From Terrimicrobiaceae bacterium (GTDB lineage Bacteria; Verrucomicrobiota; Verrucomicrobiia; Chthoniobacterales; Terrimicrobiaceae), in the NCBI GenBank assembly GCA_044342325.1, contig JBIIPZ010000060.1:1-13259 (forward strand): a stretch of DNA of 13,259 nucleotides, written 5' to 3'. Below are positions 9,014-13,259 of this stretch, piece after piece; the stretch's first letter is position 1; the number at the start of each line of letters is the position of its first letter. Position numbers and translations under genes: made by a program. Under the pieces are notes generated by a model, which was given only the letters and a program-made list of their open reading frames with translations, had not been told where the DNA came from and searched no databases.

Positions 9014-9036
9014 GCCCACATCCAACAGGATTAATT

Positions 9037-9060
9037 ACGGAGGACACGGGGAGCACGGAG
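9037..9060 (+). repeat. Left arm of an inverted repeat built from 9-bp units (CACGGAG core)
   Basis: ACGGAGGACACGGGGAGCACGGAG. Its reverse complement matches 9392-9415 at 22 of 24 positions. Confidence 0.85.
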
Positions 9061-9078
9061 GGAGGATGAAACCTCAAG

Positions 9079-9092
9079 TTTAAGATCTTAAA
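9079..9092. repeat. Perfect 14-bp palindrome
   Basis: TTTAAGATCTTAAA is its own reverse complement; intergenic and AT-rich. Confidence 0.8.
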
Positions 9093-9165
9093 TTATCTGT
9101 GACACCAACGGACCTTCCTGCCATTCCGACCGATATTTCCGTTTCGAGTTAATATTTCCCATCTC

Positions 9166-9378
9166 ATGCAACCGACCCAATCCCAGTTCATATGCCCGCA
9201 AACGCGACAAAGCCTGCGCGAGGCGACGAATGAGGAACTGGCGGCCCTTCGGAGAATGCCAGAGCACTCCTCACTGGAAGCCGCTTGGATACGCACCGAC
9301 TCAGCCATTGCCTACCCCGTTCAAAACGGCATCCCCCTTCTCATCCCATCCGCCGCCATTCCACTCAGCCAAGCCTAA
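9166..9378 (+). CDS. Trm112/YcaR-like small protein
   Basis: 70 aa. FICPQTRQSL and AYPVQNGIPLLI match the Trm112p-like pattern. Confidence 0.85.
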   Translation: MQPTQSQFICPQTRQSLREATNEELAALRRMPEHSSLEAAWIRTDSAIAYPVQNGIPLLIPSAAIPLSQA

Positions 9379-9391
9379 ATTCTCTTTTCCA

Positions 9392-9418
9392 CTCCGTGAT
9401 CTCCGTGTCCTCCGTGGT
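9392..9418 (-). repeat. Right arm of the inverted repeat: three tandem 9-mers
   Basis: CTCCGTGAT-CTCCGTGTC-CTCCGTGGT, complementary to 9037-9060. Confidence 0.85.
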
Positions 9419-9444
9419 AAAAACCTCTTAAAACCCACCATCTC

Positions 9445-10332
9445 ATGACTGAACTCGAACGCATCCGCCACTCCGCCGCCCATGTGCTTGCCACGGCCAT
9501 CTCGAAAATCTGGCCCGAGGCCCAGTTCGCGGCAGGCCCGCCGGTGGAGAACGGGTTTTATTATGACTTGGAGCTTCCCCACCGCATTTCGCCGGAGGAT
9601 TTTGCCCGCATCGAGGAAGAGATGAAACGCGAGATCAAGGCCAACCATATCTTCGAGCGTGTTGAAATTTCCCGAGCCGACGCCCTTATCATGGCCGAGC
9701 GAGGTGAACTGGCATCCCTCGCGCCACGCGGTGTGCCATCCAAATTCAAGCTCGATATCGTTCAGAACATCCCGGAGCAGGAAACGATCACGCTCTACCG
9801 CAACGGCGAGTTCACCGATCTCTGCGCAGGTCCTCATGTGATGCGCACCGGCAACATCGGCGCGTTCAAGCTCACGCATGTCGCCAGCGCATATTACAAA
9901 GGCGACGAGCGGAACCCGCAACTCCAGCGCATCTATGGCACGGCATTCAAAAACAAGACCGCCATGGAGGAGTATTTCACCATGCTCGAGGAGGCCAAAA
10001 AGCGCGACCACCGCAAGATCGGCGCCGAGATGGGGCTTTACGCCATCGACTCCGAATTTGTTGGCCCCGGCATGCCACTCTGGCTACCCAAAGGCACCGT
10101 GCTGGTCGAGGAACTCGAAAAACTCGCCAAAGAATCTGAATTCGCCGCAGGCTATGTGCGCGTCCGCAGCCCACACCTCGCAAAGGAGAAAATGTATAAA
10201 ACCTCCGGCCACCTCCCCTACTACGCCGAGAGCATGTTTCCTCCGATGGAAATGGACGAGCACCGCGAGGAGCGCGCAAAAATCCTAAGTCGCATGGCCG
10301 AATTGGAGCGCATCCTGACACCGGAGGGCTGA
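9445..10332 (+). CDS. thrS: Threonyl-tRNA synthetase, N-terminal half only (editing domain plus motif 1); a split gene, trans-editing factor or truncated gene
   Basis: RHSAAHVLA, GPPVENGFYYD, DLCAGPH, AYYKGDERNPQLQRIYGTAF, RDHRKIG, GYVRVRSP, SGHLPYYAESMFPPM, then a stop at 295 aa. No MNCP zinc ligand, motif 2, motif 3 or anticodon domain in any frame before priA. Confidence 0.93.
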   Translation: MTELERIRHSAAHVLATAISKIWPEAQFAAGPPVENGFYYDLELPHRISPEDFARIEEEMKREIKANHIFERVEISRADALIMAERGELASLAPRGVPSKFKLDIVQNIPEQETITLYRNGEFTDLCAGPHVMRTGNIGAFKLTHVASAYYKGDERNPQLQRIYGTAFKNKTAMEEYFTMLEEAKKRDHRKIGAEMGLYAIDSEFVGPGMPLWLPKGTVLVEELEKLAKESEFAAGYVRVRSPHLAKEKMYKTSGHLPYYAESMFPPMEMDEHREERAKILSRMAELERILTPEG

Positions 10333-10370
10333 AGAATACCCGTTCCGAAACAACTCCGCTGGCGCAGAGC

Positions 10371-10399
10371 TTGCCGCAGGCAGGGATGGCGGGGATATT
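10371..10399 (+). promoter_or_regulatory. Putative leaderless sigma70 promoter of priA
   Basis: TTGCCG (10371-10376), 17 bp, GATATT (10394-10399), then ATG 10407 seven nt later. Confidence 0.4.
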
Positions 10400-10406
10400 T
10401 GGCGGA

Positions 10407-12611
10407 ATGTTTGTAAGAGTGTTACCTGACCAGGCCGCTGGCCGAATGCTGGATTACAGCGTTCCGGAGCCTATGCGGGCAGCTGTTGGGATCGGTTCTA
10501 GGGTGCGTGTGCCCGTGAGGACGCGGCTTCTACCTGGGACGGTGATTGAAATTTTGGAGGAATCGGAATTCGCCAAGGTGCGGGACATTGCCGAGTTGCT
10601 GGATGAGAAGCCCATGATCCGCCCGTCGCTTTTGGAATTGGCACGTTGGATGAGTGACTACTACTGCTGTCCGCTCGAAACGGCCGTTCGAAGTGTGCTA
10701 CCGGTCGCAGTCAGGGACGGGAAAGTCGGCGCCAAAAAGCAAAATACTGTGCGGACTGCGAGGGCGTTCACCGAGGAGGATTTTGAAGCTATCGCCCGCC
10801 GAGCCCCGCGTCAGGCTGATGCGCTGCGAGTGCTGACGGAGGAGCCTTTACTGGTTACGGAGGCGGCAACTAAGGCTGGTGTCCATGAAAGTGTCTTTCG
10901 CACTTTGGAAAAGAACGGCTTGGTTTTCATCGAGGCCTCGGTCATTTCCAGAAATCCCTACTCCGAGCGCTTTGTGGCAGGTGCCGAGTTGACTTTGAAT
11001 GCCGAGCAGGAGGCAGCGATGAAGGTTGTGGTCGAAACCATGGCTAAACCCGAGAAGCCGATTCTGCTCTTCGGCGTGACCGGTTCAGGGAAAACGGAAA
11101 TCTATCTGCGCGCCATCCGGCATGCGGTCGATACCGGCCGAACCGCTCTGGTGCTCGTTCCAGAGATCGCCCTCACTCCCCAGACGGTGGAGCGCTTCAA
11201 GTCCCGCTTCGCCGAGATGCAGGACCAGATTGCCGTGCTGCATAGCCACCTCTCGGAAGGCGAACGCCACGACGAGTGGCACAAAATTCACAACGGAACG
11301 GCAAGAATCGTGATTGGCGCCCGGAGTTCGATTTTTGCGCCGGTCGAAAACCCAGGGATCATCATCGTCGATGAGGAGCACGAGAATTCCTACAAACAAG
11401 ACGAGGCCCCGCGCTACAATGCCCGCGACATGGCTGTGCTTCGCGGAAAGCGTGAAGGCGCTGCCGTTCTTTTAGGCAGCGCAACGCCATCCCTCGAAAG
11501 CTGGCACAATGCCCAGTCGGGAAAATACCAACTCGTGCGTCTCGACCAGCGTGTAGATGACAAAAGCATGCCGGTCGTGAGGGTCACGGATCTGCGGCGT
11601 CCCACGAGGAATGATCCCGAGGGCGGCATTCTCTCGCGTGCCTTGCGCGAGGCTGTGGAAGGGCGAATCGCCAAGGGAGAACAGACGATTCTTTTTCTGA
11701 ACCGCCGGGGATTTTCCACCTCCATGATCTGCGAGGCATGCGGCCATGTATGCCAGTGTCCGGACTGCAGTGTCTCCCTCACCTACCACCGTGCCGCCGA
11801 GCGGTTGATGTGCCATATTTGCGGCCACAGCAGCCGGGCACCGAAGGTCTGTCCGAAATGTTCAGACCCGAAGATTCGATACTCGGGAACCGGCACGCAA
11901 AAGGTCGAAGAAGCCCTGAAGCGCATCTTCCCGAAAGCCCGCATCGCCCGCATGGATGCCGACTCCATGACCCGCAAGGAGGCTTACCGCGAGACGCTAG
12001 GAGCTTTTAAAGAAGGCCGTATCGACATCCTTCTCGGCACGCAAATGATCGCCAAGGGACTCCATTTCCCCAATGTCACGCTCGTCGGGATCGTGAATGC
12101 CGACCTCGGCCTCCACATCCCGGATTTCCGCGCTGGCGAGCGGACATTCCAGCTCCTCACACAAGTCGCCGGCCGTGCTGGCAGGGGCGAGATGGAGGGC
12201 GAGGTGTATGTGCAAACATTCACGCCCTTCAGCCCGTCGATCCAGTTTGCAAGACATCATGATTTCGAAGGATTCATGGAGCAGGAAATGGAATTCCGGA
12301 AACGCTTCGACTACCCACCGTTCGGCCGCATGGCCATGATCACGCTCAGGGGTGCCATGCGGGAGCGTGTGGAGTTCTCCGCCCAAACGCTTGCGAGAAA
12401 ACTGAAAGCCGCAGCGGCAGCTGGAGTCATCACAGGCGAAGGCGTGCCAGCACCTCTAGAAAAGGCAAAGACTTACTATCGCTTCCAAGTCTCACTTCGC
12501 GGTCCCTCCTCACTTCAACTTTCGCGTCTGGCGCGATCCACACTCGACGCCCTGCCAATGCCCGAAGATGTTTTTGTCGCGGTAGACATCGATCCGTTGC
12601 ACCTTATGTGA
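10407..12611 (+). CDS. priA: Primosomal protein N' (replication restart helicase)
   Basis: LDYSVP..GSRVRVP, GVTGSGKTE, LVPEIALTPQ, DEEHE, SATPS, four CxxC pairs, GTQMIAKGLHFP and QVAGRAGR. ATG 10407 preferred over TTG 10371. Confidence 0.98.
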   Translation: MFVRVLPDQAAGRMLDYSVPEPMRAAVGIGSRVRVPVRTRLLPGTVIEILEESEFAKVRDIAELLDEKPMIRPSLLELARWMSDYYCCPLETAVRSVLPVAVRDGKVGAKKQNTVRTARAFTEEDFEAIARRAPRQADALRVLTEEPLLVTEAATKAGVHESVFRTLEKNGLVFIEASVISRNPYSERFVAGAELTLNAEQEAAMKVVVETMAKPEKPILLFGVTGSGKTEIYLRAIRHAVDTGRTALVLVPEIALTPQTVERFKSRFAEMQDQIAVLHSHLSEGERHDEWHKIHNGTARIVIGARSSIFAPVENPGIIIVDEEHENSYKQDEAPRYNARDMAVLRGKREGAAVLLGSATPSLESWHNAQSGKYQLVRLDQRVDDKSMPVVRVTDLRRPTRNDPEGGILSRALREAVEGRIAKGEQTILFLNRRGFSTSMICEACGHVCQCPDCSVSLTYHRAAERLMCHICGHSSRAPKVCPKCSDPKIRYSGTGTQKVEEALKRIFPKARIARMDADSMTRKEAYRETLGAFKEGRIDILLGTQMIAKGLHFPNVTLVGIVNADLGLHIPDFRAGERTFQLLTQVAGRAGRGEMEGEVYVQTFTPFSPSIQFARHHDFEGFMEQEMEFRKRFDYPPFGRMAMITLRGAMRERVEFSAQTLARKLKAAAAAGVITGEGVPAPLEKAKTYYRFQVSLRGPSSLQLSRLARSTLDALPMPEDVFVAVDIDPLHLM

Positions 12612-12619
12612 CCGCTGAG

Positions 12620-13259
12620 ATGAAGGTTCACCCGATTGTCTATTTTCTATTCAAGTCCATGGTGCGATTGGCGCTGGTGCTGATCTTCGTCGGCATTCCG
12701 GCGGCAGTATACTATCAGCGCGTCCATGGAATCGGATTCGGCGCGAAGGAGGCCCTTGGCAAGGCGCTGAGCACTCCGACACTCGAAGTCACCATCGGTC
12801 ACCTGTCCATCAATCCCTTCATGGGACTTGTTGCGAGGGATGTTCGAGTCCACGAAATCAGCAACCACTCAAACGCCTTGGCATCCATCAACCAGGTCGC
12901 GATTGCCATCAGCCTTGGCGAACTCCTGCACCGGCGTATCATCGTGGACAGCCTTTCACTGAGATCGGCCGAAGCATCGATTCCGCTCCCGAAATCACCC
13001 GATGGACGCCGGGTTACGATCCAGCACATCAATGCGGAAATCACCCTTCTCGGAGACAGCCTCCGCGTGAGTTCGTTTGAAGCGGTAGTGGAAGGCATTC
13101 GCCTCCGATTAGCTGGAGAGGTTCTCAATCCCTTCTCTTTGAAGATACCGGAGCATTCACCAGATCCCAATCCTCCTGGGCAGGATCCGCCATTTGAAAA
13201 AATCCTGACCGCCCTGCGAGAGACATCCTTTCCGCGTGGGGAGTTGCTTATTCAAGGAA
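12620..13259 (+). CDS. Partial membrane-anchored AsmA/TamB-like beta-rich protein, running off the right edge (not in the ORF track)
   Basis: Hand translation from ATG 12620 is open to the end: MKVHPIVYFLFKSMVRLALVLIFVGIPAAVYY (TM anchor)...LEVTIGHLSINPFMGLVARDVRV...ISLGELLHRRIIVDSLSL, an AsmA-N-like pattern. Confidence 0.7.
   Translation, partial: MKVHPIVYFLFKSMVRLALVLIFVGIPAAVYYQRVHGIGFGAKEALGKALSTPTLEVTIGHLSINPFMGLVARDVRVHEISNHSNALASINQVAIAISLGELLHRRIIVDSLSLRSAEASIPLPKSPDGRRVTIQHINAEITLLGDSLRVSSFEAVVEGIRLRLAGEVLNPFSLKIPEHSPDPNPPGQDPPFEKILTALRETSFPRGELLIQG

Noticed and set aside
6729..9025. Long antisense ORFs 6729-7820 (+, 363 aa) and 7817-9025 (-, 402 aa)
   Set aside because: They mirror well-supported genes, have no recognisable motifs, and are expected from strong codon bias in GC-rich genes.
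9037..9418. 9-bp repeats as a CRISPR array or insertion sequence
   Set aside because: No spacer structure, cas genes, transposase or target-site duplication.
9379..9444. T-box or thrS translational operator leader
   Set aside because: Only 66 nt, partly occupied by the repeat arm, with no T-box consensus or anticodon-like hairpins seen.
10300..10430. Programmed frameshift, readthrough, intein or intron rescuing thrS
   Set aside because: No frame after the stop gives ThrRS sequence, priA follows at once, and no intein terminal residues or intron-sized gap are present.
12647..13170. Minus-strand ORFs 12647-12868 and 12799-13170
   Set aside because: The plus-strand frame from 12620, co-directional with priA and with a TM anchor, explains the region better.

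Overview
A 13.3 kb bacterial chromosomal segment that is mostly housekeeping. The TGS-less ThrRS N-terminus, the gene set and the weak Shine-Dalgarno usage suggest Verrucomicrobiota or another PVC lineage (inference only). Gene order: a minus-strand run (acs, phosphodiester glycosidase/NAGPA-like, pqiA-like, start of a coupled ORF); a divergent plus-strand RelE-fold ORF coupled to a class V PLP enzyme; an HTH-Fic gene; a convergent fused Lrp/AsnC-fold siroheme-decarboxylase-like gene; then moeB-rhodanese, trm112-like, a half-length thrS, priA and the start of an AsmA-like gene. Main oddities: (1) thrS stops after 295 aa. It keeps the editing domain and motif 1, lacks the rest of the catalytic core and the anticodon domain, and ends in a helical tail that echoes its own N-terminus. 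(2) trm112 is bracketed by inverted arrays of three 9-bp units, with a perfect 14-bp palindrome inside. (3) The Fic protein has no catalytic His and appears to lack a segment just before its active-site loop. (4) The RelE-fold ORF has no antitoxin and is coupled to a metabolic enzyme. All family calls are from motif recognition; no searches were run.
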